64,000 nucleotides of DNA from Rhodocyclaceae bacterium (GTDB lineage: Bacteria > Pseudomonadota > Gammaproteobacteria > Burkholderiales > Ga0077523), in assembly GCA_020248405.1 (NCBI GenBank), contig JADCHQ010000023.1, forward strand, positions 5,579-69,578, read 5' to 3'. The stretch's first letter is position 1. Each line of letters begins with the position of its first letter. The translations under genes and the position numbers were made by a program. A model generated the notes under the pieces. That model was not told the DNA's origin. It saw only the letters and a program-made list of their open reading frames with translations, and ran no database searches. Positions 9,227 through 19,622 of the stretch are shown here, piece by piece.

Positions 9227-10828
9227 ATGCGTGCCACCCTCCTGCTCATGACCTTGCTGGCCGCGGCCGTGGCGCCCGGTACGGAAGCCCGATCCATGTC
9301 CGATTGCGTGCCGTTTTCGAAAGTGCAGGGGCAACTGCTTGCCAGCGGCAGGCCGGTGCCGGGGCAGGAGGTCCTGCAGCACTGGAACTGGCTGGGCAGC
9401 AAGTCCGGCGACGCCCGCGCCGTCACCGATGCCGAGGGACGGTTCACGTTCCCCGAAGTGCGCCTGTCCTGCCGCGGCCCGCAACACGACGCCGATGTCG
9501 TCCAGACCATCGAGGTCCGGCACCACGGGCGCACGGTACAGCTCTGGAGCGTCGCCCGGAAGGGAATGGAGGCCAACGCAGAGCTCGGCGGAGAGCCCAT
9601 CGTGCTGGTGGCGGACCTGGACCAGGAACCCCGCGAGGTGAGTCTCCCCGTGGGCCCCGAGGCACTGGCAGTCGTCTCGGGCGTGGCGCAGTTCCGCCAC
9701 CCCTACCTCGCACGCTGGGAGCGGACCCGCGCTCAGGTGACGCCGGAGGGCGTGGCCAGGGCGCTCGCGGCCTACCTGGCCTCGCCCGGGGCGGCGAAGC
9801 GGCTCGCGACCTTCTTCCCCGCTGTGGGACGCGAACGGTCGAGGGTCGCGAAGGTCACGGGAGTGTCGGCCTTGGACCTCACCGACGGCATGCTCTTCGC
9901 CGACGGGGAGGCCGGTCGCTACGCAGTTCTCGAAGCGCCCCGATACGCCGGCTTCACGGCTCGCGCCCGGGTAAGCGTGGCGCTCACTTCAGGCGAGACG
10001 CTCACGGCGGATTTCTTCGCGTGGAAGCTGCTCCTGCCGCTTGACGACTCCGGGCGGCCGCTCGGCGACCTTCGTGTGAGCGGCACCTGGGAACTGGACA
10101 CCCGGTCATGGATCAAGTCGCGCGCAGACGCGCTGCTGGTGCCCGAGCGGGTAGCCGCGCTGGTGCGCGCCCGGCTCCCGCTCGACCCGGGCGCGCCGCT
10201 CCTGGCGGCGCTCGGGGCGAAGCCACGCGCCGCGCTGACGGTGAGCGAGGCAGTGGCGCAGGAGGCGCGGGTAGTCGGCGTGAAGGACACCACCGCCACG
10301 CTGCGCTTCCTGGGCCCGGTCCGCCTCCAGGTGGCAGGCCGCGACGAGCGCGTGCTCGTGGATGCCTCTCTGGCGGTACCGCTGGCGTCGCTGGCCGAGG
10401 CCGAGTACCGCCTCGCTCCCGGGCGGGAGCCGCCCACGTACCGGCCGATCCCCTTCGCGGTAACGCTGTCCACGGACAAGTCCGCCTACACGGCCGGCGA
10501 ACCCATCACCCTGCGCTTCGTGGTGCGCAACACCATGGGGACGCCGCAGAGCTTTCTCCTGTGGCACACCCCCTTCGCCAGGTTCGACAACAACTACCTT
10601 CACATCGCGCTGGCGGGCGGCGGGGAGCCGGTCGGCTACACGGGCGCTCTCGTGTCCCGCGCCCCGCCAGCCGCCGGCGACTATCGCGCGCTGCGCCCGG
10701 GCGAAAGCGCCGCGGCGGAGATCGAGATCACCCAAGCCTACCCCGTGCGGGCGAGGGGGGAGTATGTGCTGCGCTACAGCCCCCTGGGATCGCTGCTCGC
10801 CAACGAGGCGCGCTTCACGATCCGCTGA
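9227..10828 (+). CDS. Secreted multi-domain protein of unknown function
   Basis: Signal peptide MRATLLLMTLLAAAVAPGTEA. An N-terminal segment resembles a carboxypeptidase-regulatory-like beta-sandwich (GRPVPGQEV...DAEGRFTFPEV). The C-terminal ~110 aa look like an Ig-like module (TDKSAYTAGEPITLRFVVRN...RPGESAAAEIEITQAY). I recognise no catalytic motif. Confidence 0.6.
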   Translation: MRATLLLMTLLAAAVAPGTEARSMSDCVPFSKVQGQLLASGRPVPGQEVLQHWNWLGSKSGDARAVTDAEGRFTFPEVRLSCRGPQHDADVVQTIEVRHHGRTVQLWSVARKGMEANAELGGEPIVLVADLDQEPREVSLPVGPEALAVVSGVAQFRHPYLARWERTRAQVTPEGVARALAAYLASPGAAKRLATFFPAVGRERSRVAKVTGVSALDLTDGMLFADGEAGRYAVLEAPRYAGFTARARVSVALTSGETLTADFFAWKLLLPLDDSGRPLGDLRVSGTWELDTRSWIKSRADALLVPERVAALVRARLPLDPGAPLLAALGAKPRAALTVSEAVAQEARVVGVKDTTATLRFLGPVRLQVAGRDERVLVDASLAVPLASLAEAEYRLAPGREPPTYRPIPFAVTLSTDKSAYTAGEPITLRFVVRNTMGTPQSFLLWHTPFARFDNNYLHIALAGGGEPVGYTGALVSRAPPAAGDYRALRPGESAAAEIEITQAYPVRARGEYVLRYSPLGSLLANEARFTIR

Positions 10829-11195
10829 GAGCGGCACCGCCGCGCCCTAGAAGCGGGGGATTCACGGAGATTTCACCGTTACCGCCTCGTGGCTTCACAA
10901 GCAAACCCCACGCTGTGGTCCGTCTCGTTCAAGGCGCTGTCAGTGGCGCGCCTCGCCGGGGCAGCCCCAGCGGGTGGCCACCCGCCGATAACCTCGATCT
11001 GCCAACCCGGGCTGACCCCGGCAGCAGACGCCGCCCGCTAGGCGTTTCCCGCGCACGATGCCCAATGCACCAGTGGTAGGATCAAGTGACCTCACGCGCA
11101 TGTCATCGCGACATGCCGCCTCGCCCCGAGGCAGATGCGCCGGGGCGCACGCGGGCTGACCGGGGCATGCATGCAACCTCAACGGAGATGACCAC

Positions 11196-12821
11196 ATGAC
11201 ACGCGCAATGCGGTGGATCGCCGTGGCAACCGCACTGGGGGCGGTGGTGGCGCTCGCCGGCGCATGGCACACGGGCTGGGCGCAATACGCCGGCGTCACC
11301 GTGCCCACGTCGGCCAACCTTGGCCGGCCGGACGCGCTGCTGCTGACGCGAAGCGTGGCCACGCTGCCTCGCGACGCCCTCAAGCTGCCACTGGCGCGGG
11401 AGCTGCTCACCGAAGATTTCCTGTTCTATTACCAGTCCCATCCTGATGTGCTCGGCATCGAGGGGGCGATGCGGCGCATCTCCTTCGAGCGCTCCCTGGG
11501 CTGGTCGGATGAACTCGTGCGCTGGTTGCTCGATCGCCCCGCGCAGATCGCCCTGTGGCGCGACGACAAGGGCGCGTTGCGCCACTGGGCGCTGGCCACG
11601 GAGCGCAAGGACCTGGGCCGCCTCTTCGAGGCGCTGGCGGTGGTGGCGGCGGCGGACGGTCAAGTGTTCTCGGCGGGCACGATTGCCGCCGGCGACGGTG
11701 CCATCGCCCTCCACACCCTGGCGCTGCGCACCAACCGCACGCTGCTGCTGGCTTCCCAGGGCGACCGGGTGGTGGTGTTTTCGGACCCCGGGCTGGTGCT
11801 CGATGCGCAGCGCGTTCCACGCGGGGAATCGGCCGACGTGCTTCGGAGGCTGCTGGCGGATGCCGCGACTCCGTCGTCCACGCCGTGGCAGCAGAGCTTC
11901 CGTGCCGGAGACCTCGGTTCGGCCCACAGTCTGCTGCTGCGGGCCTCGGCGCTGGGTTTTGGCTACGAGCGCTTCTTCCCTGCCCTGGTGGCCACACGGT
12001 TCGATTTCGGCGACGGCGCGTGGCGCTCGCAGGTGCTCGTGGACGACTCCGCTCCCGGTGCGGCGCTGGTGGCGGATCGCCGCTCCTGGGAGGCGGTGCC
12101 AATCCGGCCCGCCGCCTGCGCCCAGTTGCCGATCCACTGGGGCGCCGCCGACGCGACCCTTCGCGCAGCCAAATCGCTGGACACCTCCCAGGCAGAGGCA
12201 CTGGCCGGTGGCTTTGACGGGCCGGTGCTGGTGTGCTGGTACGCCAAGAGCGGACTTCTTGCCCCGCTGTTCGTGGCCAGCGTGGACGCGAACCGCCCGC
12301 CCGGCGATGCGGCCATCGCCGCGCTGGCGGACTGGGCACTGCTCGGCGAGCCCTTGATCAACGACGAGGCCGCCCGGGCCGGGCCCGGCGTGCGCCGCTG
12401 GCAGCACGCCATCGAGGTGCCGTTCGCCTCGGCCAACCAACAGAAGCGGCCAGTGGCGGGCGAGCGGAAAGTCACGGTGGCGCGCAGCGGCCGCTACCTG
12501 CTGTTTTCGCCCGATCCCGGTCGCGTGGACGCAGCCCTCGAAGTGCTCGCCCGGCGGCGGCCGAGCCTGGCCGCGGCCCTGCCGGAGACCGACCCTCTCC
12601 TCGCGCTGGTGACCCCTTCGGCGCTGTCGGCCATGGCGCGCGACGAAATCACGCGGATGCTACCCGTGGGCGACGAGCCGGTGCTGCGGCCCGTGGCCGA
12701 ACGCACCCTGCTGCCGCGCGTGGCCGCCGCCGGCCGGCACCCGGCCCACCGGGCGGTGCTCCTGCCTGCGGCGGACGGTAACGGCTGGCGCAGCCTCGAC
12801 TGGCAGGCATTGCCCGATTGA
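11196..12821 (+). CDS. DUF2138 family protein (E. coli YfaA-like), first gene of the alpha-2-macroglobulin operon
   Basis: 541 aa with an N-terminal anchor or signal ([19 protein letters not shown]). Its size and position match yfaA in the yfaA-yfaT-yfaS-yfaQ-yfaP arrangement. The family assignment comes from memory of the operon, not from a search. Confidence 0.6.
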   Translation: MTRAMRWIAVATALGAVVALAGAWHTGWAQYAGVTVPTSANLGRPDALLLTRSVATLPRDALKLPLARELLTEDFLFYYQSHPDVLGIEGAMRRISFERSLGWSDELVRWLLDRPAQIALWRDDKGALRHWALATERKDLGRLFEALAVVAAADGQVFSAGTIAAGDGAIALHTLALRTNRTLLLASQGDRVVVFSDPGLVLDAQRVPRGESADVLRRLLADAATPSSTPWQQSFRAGDLGSAHSLLLRASALGFGYERFFPALVATRFDFGDGAWRSQVLVDDSAPGAALVADRRSWEAVPIRPAACAQLPIHWGAADATLRAAKSLDTSQAEALAGGFDGPVLVCWYAKSGLLAPLFVASVDANRPPGDAAIAALADWALLGEPLINDEAARAGPGVRRWQHAIEVPFASANQQKRPVAGERKVTVARSGRYLLFSPDPGRVDAALEVLARRRPSLAAALPETDPLLALVTPSALSAMARDEITRMLPVGDEPVLRPVAERTLLPRVAAAGRHPAHRAVLLPAADGNGWRSLDWQALPD

Positions 12822-13465
12822 AACCCCTGATCGCAGGCGCATTGATGCTGCTCGTGTCCAGCCGCGCCGGTGCCGCTCCCGGCGGCGCCCTGGCGCCGGA
12901 GGAAATGCTCGACGCCAGCCAGTCGCGCGCTTTCCGCGCCTGGATGGTGCGCATCGTCGACCAGCAGATCGCGGCCGGGCCCTCGAACCGGTGGGTGCAT
13001 CGCGACTGCGCCGGCCTGGTGCGTTACGCGGTGCACGAGACCCTGCGGGAGCACGATGCCGCGTGGCGCCGCGCAACGGGCATCAGCGCCCCCGCGCCGC
13101 CGCCGCTGCAACTCTCCGATCATCAGCGCGCGTTGCGCAACCGCTGGCAACGCGCGGATGGCAGCCGGGCCGCCTACGTGGGGGCGCTCGAGCTGGTGCA
13201 GGAAAATACCACCCTCGTATCCCGCGGCATCGAGCAGGCCCAGCCGGGCGACTTGCTGTTCTTCGACCAGGGCTACGACCAGCACCTCATGATCTGGGCG
13301 GGCCGCTACGTGGCCTATCACACCGGATACGCCGACGCGCGCGATAACGGTCTGCGCGCCGTCGCTCCCCAGGAACTCCTCAAGTGGAAGGACAGCCGAT
13401 GGCATCCCGTCCCCGACAATCCCAATTTCCTCGGCGTCTTCCGGCTGCGATTCCTGGCGCGCTGA
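12818..13465 (+). CDS. DUF1175 family protein (YfaT/MagC-like) with an NlpC/P60-like Cys/His signature
   Basis: The TTG start overlaps the upstream stop (TTGA). It has a signal peptide, [11 protein letters not shown] (Cys codon 13007-13009) and [17 protein letters not shown], which resemble the catalytic Cys and His strands of NlpC/P60 papain-like hydrolases. Confidence 0.6.
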   Translation: MKPLIAGALMLLVSSRAGAAPGGALAPEEMLDASQSRAFRAWMVRIVDQQIAAGPSNRWVHRDCAGLVRYAVHETLREHDAAWRRATGISAPAPPPLQLSDHQRALRNRWQRADGSRAAYVGALELVQENTTLVSRGIEQAQPGDLLFFDQGYDQHLMIWAGRYVAYHTGYADARDNGLRAVAPQELLKWKDSRWHPVPDNPNFLGVFRLRFLAR

Positions 13466-16400
13466 TCGCGCTTCTCGCGCTGGCGCTGCTGGCCGCGGCG
13501 CCCACCCTGCGCGCGGACTACACGCCGAGCGGCTACCAGCCGCTGCCGGGCGAGGCCTTCTTCCTGCTCTCCGACAAGTCCTTCGGCAGCACCGATGAGG
13601 CTCAGGTGCGGCTGGAGCTGGTCTCGGGCAGGGGCGGCCTCGCGGGGATCGAGGCCTACGGCGGCGTGGACGTGGCCCTGTATCGGGTGGCGGATCCCAT
13701 CGGTTTCCTGAAGCGCCAGAAAAACCTGCGCCGCATCCGCGCCGCGGCACCGGCAATCGCCGAAGGCCCCGGCAACGCCATCGCCCACTTGTGGGACCGC
13801 TGGGCCCAGGCCAGCCGCGCCGCCTGGCGGGCGATCTTCTCGGCCGAGGCGCGCAGCGCCGTCACGGCGCAGGCGCCCGGCACGGCCACGCCCCAGGGGC
13901 TGCACGCCCCAACCCCCTTCACGCCCACGCGCCAGTTCGCGCCACTGAAGGGCTTTGACCCCGTGCGTCAGTTCCGCTATCCGGTGCATGCCGCAAAGGC
14001 CATCGCGCCGCCGCCTGAGGTGGCGCTGGCCGGCAGCAGCAGCGGCTTCATCGCGCCTGTGGAGGGCAACGTGAACATCCCGCTTGGCCGCCTCGCGCCG
14101 GGCCTGTATCTGGTGGAGGCCGTCGCTGGCGGTTATCGCGCCACCACCGTGGTGTTCGTGTCCGACACCGTGGCGATCACCAAGACCGCCGCCTCGGAGA
14201 TGGTGGTGTGGACCGCGCAGCGCGACAAGGGCGCGCCGGTGCGCAACGTGGAGGTGGCGTGGACCGACGGCGTGGGTGTGCTGGCCACGGCACGCACCGA
14301 CGCAACCGGCGTGGCGCGCCTCGCCAAGCCCGCGCCGGAGCGCAGTTTCGTGTTCGGCGCAGACCCCTCCGGCGGCGTGTTCATCTCGGAGAATTTCTAC
14401 TACGACAGCGAGATCTACAACGCCAAGATCTACGCCGTCACCGACCGGCCGCTCTACCGCCCGGGCGACGAGGTGTTCGTGAAGTTCGTGGGCCGCGAAT
14501 TCAAGTCGGCACGCGAATCCGTGCCGGTGCCCGCCGGCGACATCGATCTCACGGTGTTCGACCCGGCCGGGGCGCCGGTGGCGCGGCAACGCCTGGCGCT
14601 AGACCCTGCGCGCGGCGGCGACACGAGCTTCCGCCTGCCGGACAACGCCGGCGCGGGCGGCTACGAGTTGCGCTTCGACTGGCGCGGCAACGGCTACGGC
14701 GCCGCCTTCCGCGTGGCGCAGTACGACAAACCCCACTTCGAAATCACGCTGGTTCCATCGAAGCCGAACTTCCGCGCCAACGATCCCGTGCGCGGCAAGC
14801 TGCAGCTCCATTACCCTGACGGCAAGCCCGTGGTGGATGCCGACATCCAGTTGTCGGTGCGCGCCCAGCAACTGACCATGCTGGACGGCGATTTCCGCTA
14901 CGGCGGCCAGTTCCCCGTGAAGCTCACCGCCGAGTCCTTGCGCAGCGACGCCCGCGGCGAGGCGGCCTTCGAGTTGCCCCCCGCCACCCAGCCCAGCCGC
15001 TACGTCATCACCGCCCTGGCCACCGACGGCGCGGCCTTCCGCGTGAAAACCACCCGCGAGCTGCTGATCGAGCGCAGCCTCGCCGCCTACAGCCTCAAGG
15101 CGCCGCGGCGGTTCAGCGCGCCCGGCGAGACGGTGGCCTTCGCCATCGCGGCGGTGACGCCCGGACCGTCGGCCCCGGCGCAGTGGGAATGGATCCGGCT
15201 TGAAGACCGCGGCCAGGCCTCGGGCCCCATGCCCAAGGGCGACGCGCTGGAGATCGTCTTCGGCCAGCCGGGTACCTACACCGTTCAGTTGCGCGACGGC
15301 CGCAACAACATCATTGGCGGCACCTCCCACTGGGTGAGCGGCGGCAGCGCCAAGGCCCCGGCGGGCAGCATCGAGATCGTCGGTGCGCGCGAGCGCTACC
15401 GCGCGGGCGACACGGCCGAGCTGCTGGTGACCTTTCCCGAGCCCACCGAGAACGCCCTGCTCACGCTGGAGCGCGACCGCATCGAGAAAACCGGCCTCCT
15501 GCGGGGCGCGGTCTGGGCCGATGCCACGCGCCTGTCGCCCACCCAGTGGCGCATTCGCGTGCCGGTGGACGAGGCCTTCGCGCCGAACATCACCTTCTCG
15601 GTGGCGGCGGTGCGCAATGGCGATTACGTGTTCCAGAACCACGGCCTGCAGGTGGAGCAACCGCGCATCGAGCTGAGCTTCAAGCCGGCCCGGACGGTCT
15701 ACGCGCCCGGCGAGCGGGTGGAGGTGGAAGTGCTCGCAACCCTGGCGGGCAAGCCCGTGCAGGCAACCCTCGCGGTGGGTGTGGTGGACGAGATGATCTA
15801 CGTGCTGCAACCCGAGATCGCACCGGACATCCACGACTTCTTCTTCCACTTCCGCCGCAACAACGTGCGCACCTCCTCGAGCCTGGCCTTCATCGGCTAC
15901 GACCTGGCCGAGAACCGCAGCAAGGGCGCCCCCGAGGCGCGCAGCGTGCAGCAGCGCCGCGAAAAGCTGCTGGAGCGCCCGCGCCGCGACGAGCAGGACA
16001 CGGCGTACTGGAACGGCAGCTTGCGCACCGACGCCAGCGGCATCGCACGGTTCGCCTTCACCATGCCCGATGCCCTCACGCGCTGGCGTGTCACCGGCCG
16101 CGCCTTCGATGACCGGGGCAACGTGGGACAGAACACGGCCTGGGTTCGCGCCGACAAGCCCCTGTACGTGAAGTGGACGAGCCCCACCTGGATGCGCCGC
16201 GGCGATGCCCCAGTGGCTTCCCTGGCCATCTTCAACCAGACCACCACGCAGCAGCAGGCCGAACTCGCCATCGAAGGGATAGCGGGCCGGCGCGCCAGCA
16301 AGCTCTCGCTCAAGCCCGGCGCCAACTATGTGTCCGAGGCATTGCGGCCGCTGGGAGGCGATGTGAACCTGCAGGTCGTGCTCACGCAGTCGGGCAAGGT

Positions 16401-17988
16401 GGTGGACGCGCTGGACACCCGGATGCGCCAGTTGCCCTCCGGCTGGACGAGCTCCCAGAGCCTGGCGGTGGACCTGAAGGACGGCCAGGCGCCGCTTGCG
16501 CTGCCGGCCAGCGCCCGGGACGTGCGGGTGCGGTTCATGCCCTCCGCGCAGTCGCACTTCGCCCGCATCCTGGATGACCTGCTGGACTATCCCTACGGCT
16601 GCGTGGAGCAGACCGCCAGCCGGATGATTCCCAACGCCATCGCCCTGCGCGTGATCGCGCCGCAGGACCGCCTTGCCGCCGACCGTCTGCGGCAGCAACT
16701 GAACGGCAGCCGCCTGCGGCTGGCCTACATGGCAGGAGAGAAAGGCCGCTTCACCTGGTGGGGCCCGCACACCGTGGGCGACCCCTGGCTCACGCCCTAC
16801 GCCTGGTATGCCGACTGGATGGCAAGCCGCGCCATCGGCGTCGATCTACCCCGGGAGCACTGGGAAAAGCTTCTCGACGCCTACGCGGAGGAAGGCTACA
16901 AGCTGCCGCCCGTGCAGCGCGCGTTGGTGCTGCACTGGATGCAGCGCATTGGCCTGCCGGTGAAGGAGCAGACCCAGGCGTTCCTGGAAGCCCTCGGCAA
17001 GGGTGCCCCGCCTGCCAGGGGACCGGCGGCGCCGCTGCCGGCGGCAACCAGTGCGATCCTCGCCGCGCCGGAATCGCCGCTGTCCGCAGCGCTGGCCGTG
17101 GCGCTGGCGGACCTGCTGGCCAGGGATGCCGGCGTGGCGCTTCCGAAAGAACTGGCTGCCAGACGCGACGCGGCCTTCATGGCGCTGGACGGCAGCAACC
17201 TGCCCGCGGCCCGGGCGCTGCTGCTGCTCTCGGGCCGGCTTCCCGCCACCGAGGCGCCGGCCATCCTGGCGGCGGTGCGCAGAGAGATGCCCACCATGGA
17301 GCGGGCCATCACCCTGGCATGGATCGATCAGGCGCTGCAGGGCAAGCTGGGCGGCAACGGCAACCCCATGCCGGTGCTCGCCGCGCCGTGGGTGGCGCAA
17401 GCCAGCCCCAGCGGCCAGCAGGAGTGGCGCTGGAGCGGCACGGACCCGGCGCCGAAGTCGCTGCGCATCGCCGGGCCGCACCGGTCCATGGCGGCCATGG
17501 TCCACTTCTCCGGCCCGCAGACCGTGCAGCGGGATAGCTCCGTGCGGGTCACACGCACGCTCCATCGGGTCCGCAAGGCTGGTGAAGCCAGTTTTGCCCT
17601 GGAACCCGTGGGCGCCACGGCGGCGCTCGGCACCAGCGACCTGTACCTGGACGAAATCGTGCTCGATCCCGGCAAGTCCACCGTGCGCTACGGACTGGTG
17701 GAGGTGCCGCTGCCGCCCGGGGCGGCGGTGGAGAGCAGCACCTGGGGAATCAACCTGGCGGAGGCGCAAGCCTCCGAGGCCACGCCTCTCGAGGCCGCGC
17801 GCCATCAGGCCACCGACTTCGGTTATGCCATTGCGGTGGAACCGGTGAGCGGGCGCACGGTGCTGCGCCATCTGGTGCGCTTCTCGCAGAAGGGGCGCTA
17901 CGTGCTGCCGCCCGCTCGGCTGACGCGCATGTACGCCCCGGGCATGGACGCCTTCGAGTCTTCCAGCCGGGTGGTGGAGGTCCGCTGA
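13399..17988 (+). CDS. Bacterial alpha-2-macroglobulin family protein (YfaS/MagD type), about 1529 aa
   Basis: The ATG at 13399 is preceded by GGAAGGA; the ORF track starts at a GTG at 13384. Type I signal peptide ([21 protein letters not shown]) with no lipobox Cys. The thioester-type motif is [13 protein letters not shown] (CVEQ = 16600-16611). Size and operon context fit YfaS. Confidence 0.85.
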   Translation: MASRPRQSQFPRRLPAAIPGALIALLALALLAAAPTLRADYTPSGYQPLPGEAFFLLSDKSFGSTDEAQVRLELVSGRGGLAGIEAYGGVDVALYRVADPIGFLKRQKNLRRIRAAAPAIAEGPGNAIAHLWDRWAQASRAAWRAIFSAEARSAVTAQAPGTATPQGLHAPTPFTPTRQFAPLKGFDPVRQFRYPVHAAKAIAPPPEVALAGSSSGFIAPVEGNVNIPLGRLAPGLYLVEAVAGGYRATTVVFVSDTVAITKTAASEMVVWTAQRDKGAPVRNVEVAWTDGVGVLATARTDATGVARLAKPAPERSFVFGADPSGGVFISENFYYDSEIYNAKIYAVTDRPLYRPGDEVFVKFVGREFKSARESVPVPAGDIDLTVFDPAGAPVARQRLALDPARGGDTSFRLPDNAGAGGYELRFDWRGNGYGAAFRVAQYDKPHFEITLVPSKPNFRANDPVRGKLQLHYPDGKPVVDADIQLSVRAQQLTMLDGDFRYGGQFPVKLTAESLRSDARGEAAFELPPATQPSRYVITALATDGAAFRVKTTRELLIERSLAAYSLKAPRRFSAPGETVAFAIAAVTPGPSAPAQWEWIRLEDRGQASGPMPKGDALEIVFGQPGTYTVQLRDGRNNIIGGTSHWVSGGSAKAPAGSIEIVGARERYRAGDTAELLVTFPEPTENALLTLERDRIEKTGLLRGAVWADATRLSPTQWRIRVPVDEAFAPNITFSVAAVRNGDYVFQNHGLQVEQPRIELSFKPARTVYAPGERVEVEVLATLAGKPVQATLAVGVVDEMIYVLQPEIAPDIHDFFFHFRRNNVRTSSSLAFIGYDLAENRSKGAPEARSVQQRREKLLERPRRDEQDTAYWNGSLRTDASGIARFAFTMPDALTRWRVTGRAFDDRGNVGQNTAWVRADKPLYVKWTSPTWMRRGDAPVASLAIFNQTTTQQQAELAIEGIAGRRASKLSLKPGANYVSEALRPLGGDVNLQVVLTQSGKVVDALDTRMRQLPSGWTSSQSLAVDLKDGQAPLALPASARDVRVRFMPSAQSHFARILDDLLDYPYGCVEQTASRMIPNAIALRVIAPQDRLAADRLRQQLNGSRLRLAYMAGEKGRFTWWGPHTVGDPWLTPYAWYADWMASRAIGVDLPREHWEKLLDAYAEEGYKLPPVQRALVLHWMQRIGLPVKEQTQAFLEALGKGAPPARGPAAPLPAATSAILAAPESPLSAALAVALADLLARDAGVALPKELAARRDAAFMALDGSNLPAARALLLLSGRLPATEAPAILAAVRREMPTMERAITLAWIDQALQGKLGGNGNPMPVLAAPWVAQASPSGQQEWRWSGTDPAPKSLRIAGPHRSMAAMVHFSGPQTVQRDSSVRVTRTLHRVRKAGEASFALEPVGATAALGTSDLYLDEIVLDPGKSTVRYGLVEVPLPPGAAVESSTWGINLAEAQASEATPLEAARHQATDFGYAIAVEPVSGRTVLRHLVRFSQKGRYVLPPARLTRMYAPGMDAFESSSRVVEVR

Positions 17989-19622
17989 TGAGGCGCCTGG
18001 CCCGGCTGCTTGCGGCGGCGGCCCTCGGCATCGCGCCGGCCCTGGCCACCGCTGGCGATGTGGCCGTGGCCTGGCTGGCGGGCGCAACGCTGAAGACCCA
18101 CGGCAGCGTCCCCTCACAGGCCCCGCTGGGCAGCCTGTGGAAGCTGTTCGTCTACGCTTACGCGGCTCACCAGCGCCTGGAGGCGCCGCCCTACCGTTGC
18201 GGCGTCGCGGCCATGGCGGGCGAGGAGTTCTGCTGCGAGCCTGGCGCCACGGTGACGCTCGATACCGCGCTGGCGCGCTCCTGCGGGCCGGCATTCGCGC
18301 CCCGGCGGCTTGGGATCGACGCAGTAGCGTGGCGGGAATTCTGGTCCGCCCGCATGGGGCAGGACCCCGCGTGGCTCACCAACCTGGATCGGCTAGGGCC
18401 CGACACCGAAGCGCCGGTGGTGGAAATCCTGCAGACCCTGGCAGCCTTTTCCCCCGAGGCGCGGCAGGCGGCGATGCAGGCGCTGCTGCCCGTCATGACC
18501 GCGGGCTTCGGCCGCGATGCCCTGCCGGAACTGGGCGGCTCGCTGCGCGTGAAGACCTTCACGTGGTCGCTGCCCGCCACCCCGGACCGGCGCTGGGGCG
18601 GCGCCGCGGGCTGGCGCGTGGACGGCCTGCCGGTGTGGTTCGCCGCCGACGGCGCCAGCCGCCAGGTGCTGCGAGATCACGCCGCCACGCTGGCGCGGGT
18701 GCTGCCGCCGCTCACAAAAGCGCCGGCCGACGAACCGTGCGTGGTGGTGAACTTCTTCACGCGCTATCCCGTGGCGGGCGTCGATCGCCTTCCGGAGGGC
18801 TTGCCCGCGACGGAGGGTACGCTGGCGGGCCGTTTCCGCGTGCGCTTCGAAAACGGCCAGGTGCTGGTGTTCGAGAGCACGGGCGATCTGGCGCTTGCAA
18901 CCGCGGCGGACCGGCCGCGCATCACCGGCCGGCTGGGGCTCACCGAGTACGTGGCCCGCGTCGTGGATCGCGAAGCCGACGCAACCGAAACACAGGCCGC
19001 CCGGGCGCTGGCCATCGTGGCCCGCAGCTGGCTCTTGAGCAACGCGCGCTTCGAGAGCGGCTGTTATCGCGTGGAGGACAGTTCGCGCGCGCAGCGCGTC
19101 AGCGCCAACCCGGCCACGCCCAGGGCCCGCGCGGTGACGCTGTTCGGCGACGGCCTGATTCTCGCCGGCGCCTCGCCCGGCTATCGCCTGGAGACCACCC
19201 TGCCGGGAGTGCTGTCGTGGCGCCACGCGGCGCAGCAGGGACGCGACGGCGCGCGCGTTGACGCCATCCTCGCCGAGGCATTTCCGGGCAGCGCGCTGGC
19301 CACGGCGCATGGCGGAGGCGACTGCCGCCGCCTGCCGGAGGTGGAGCGCTGGCTGGCGCGGGCCGTGCCGCGCTGGCACATCTTGCTGGGCGCCGAGGCC
19401 GGGTTCGAACCCCCCGCCGGCATGCCCGCGGCGTGCGCGCTCGACCGTGGCAACCCGTACGCCGACACTGCCCGCCTGCGCCTCTACGTGCGCGGCATCC
19501 GCACGGCGGATGAGCGCGTCGCGGTGGCGCACGAGTATCTGCACATGGCGTTTCGCTTCCACCCGCGCGGCCAGGACGAGCGCTTCGTGGAACGGCTGGC
19601 TCGTCAACTGGAGGCACCATGA
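17988..19622 (+). CDS. DUF2300 family protein (YfaQ/MagE-like) with a SpoIID-like segment and C-terminal HExxH
   Basis: The start overlaps the A2M stop (TGATG). It has a signal peptide. The segment LTEYVARVVDREADATETQAARALAIVARSWLL resembles the SpoIID/LytB signature. The C-terminal VAVAHEYLHMAF contains HEYLH (19530-19544). Confidence 0.6.
   Translation: MRRLARLLAAAALGIAPALATAGDVAVAWLAGATLKTHGSVPSQAPLGSLWKLFVYAYAAHQRLEAPPYRCGVAAMAGEEFCCEPGATVTLDTALARSCGPAFAPRRLGIDAVAWREFWSARMGQDPAWLTNLDRLGPDTEAPVVEILQTLAAFSPEARQAAMQALLPVMTAGFGRDALPELGGSLRVKTFTWSLPATPDRRWGGAAGWRVDGLPVWFAADGASRQVLRDHAATLARVLPPLTKAPADEPCVVVNFFTRYPVAGVDRLPEGLPATEGTLAGRFRVRFENGQVLVFESTGDLALATAADRPRITGRLGLTEYVARVVDREADATETQAARALAIVARSWLLSNARFESGCYRVEDSSRAQRVSANPATPRARAVTLFGDGLILAGASPGYRLETTLPGVLSWRHAAQQGRDGARVDAILAEAFPGSALATAHGGGDCRRLPEVERWLARAVPRWHILLGAEAGFEPPAGMPAACALDRGNPYADTARLRLYVRGIRTADERVAVAHEYLHMAFRFHPRGQDERFVERLARQLEAP

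Noticed and set aside
13384-13398. GTG at 13384 as the macroglobulin start, as in the ORF track.
   Set aside because: The ATG at 13399 has a strong GGAAGGA Shine-Dalgarno 6 nt upstream and still yields a complete signal peptide. The difference is 5 codons and does not affect any conclusion.
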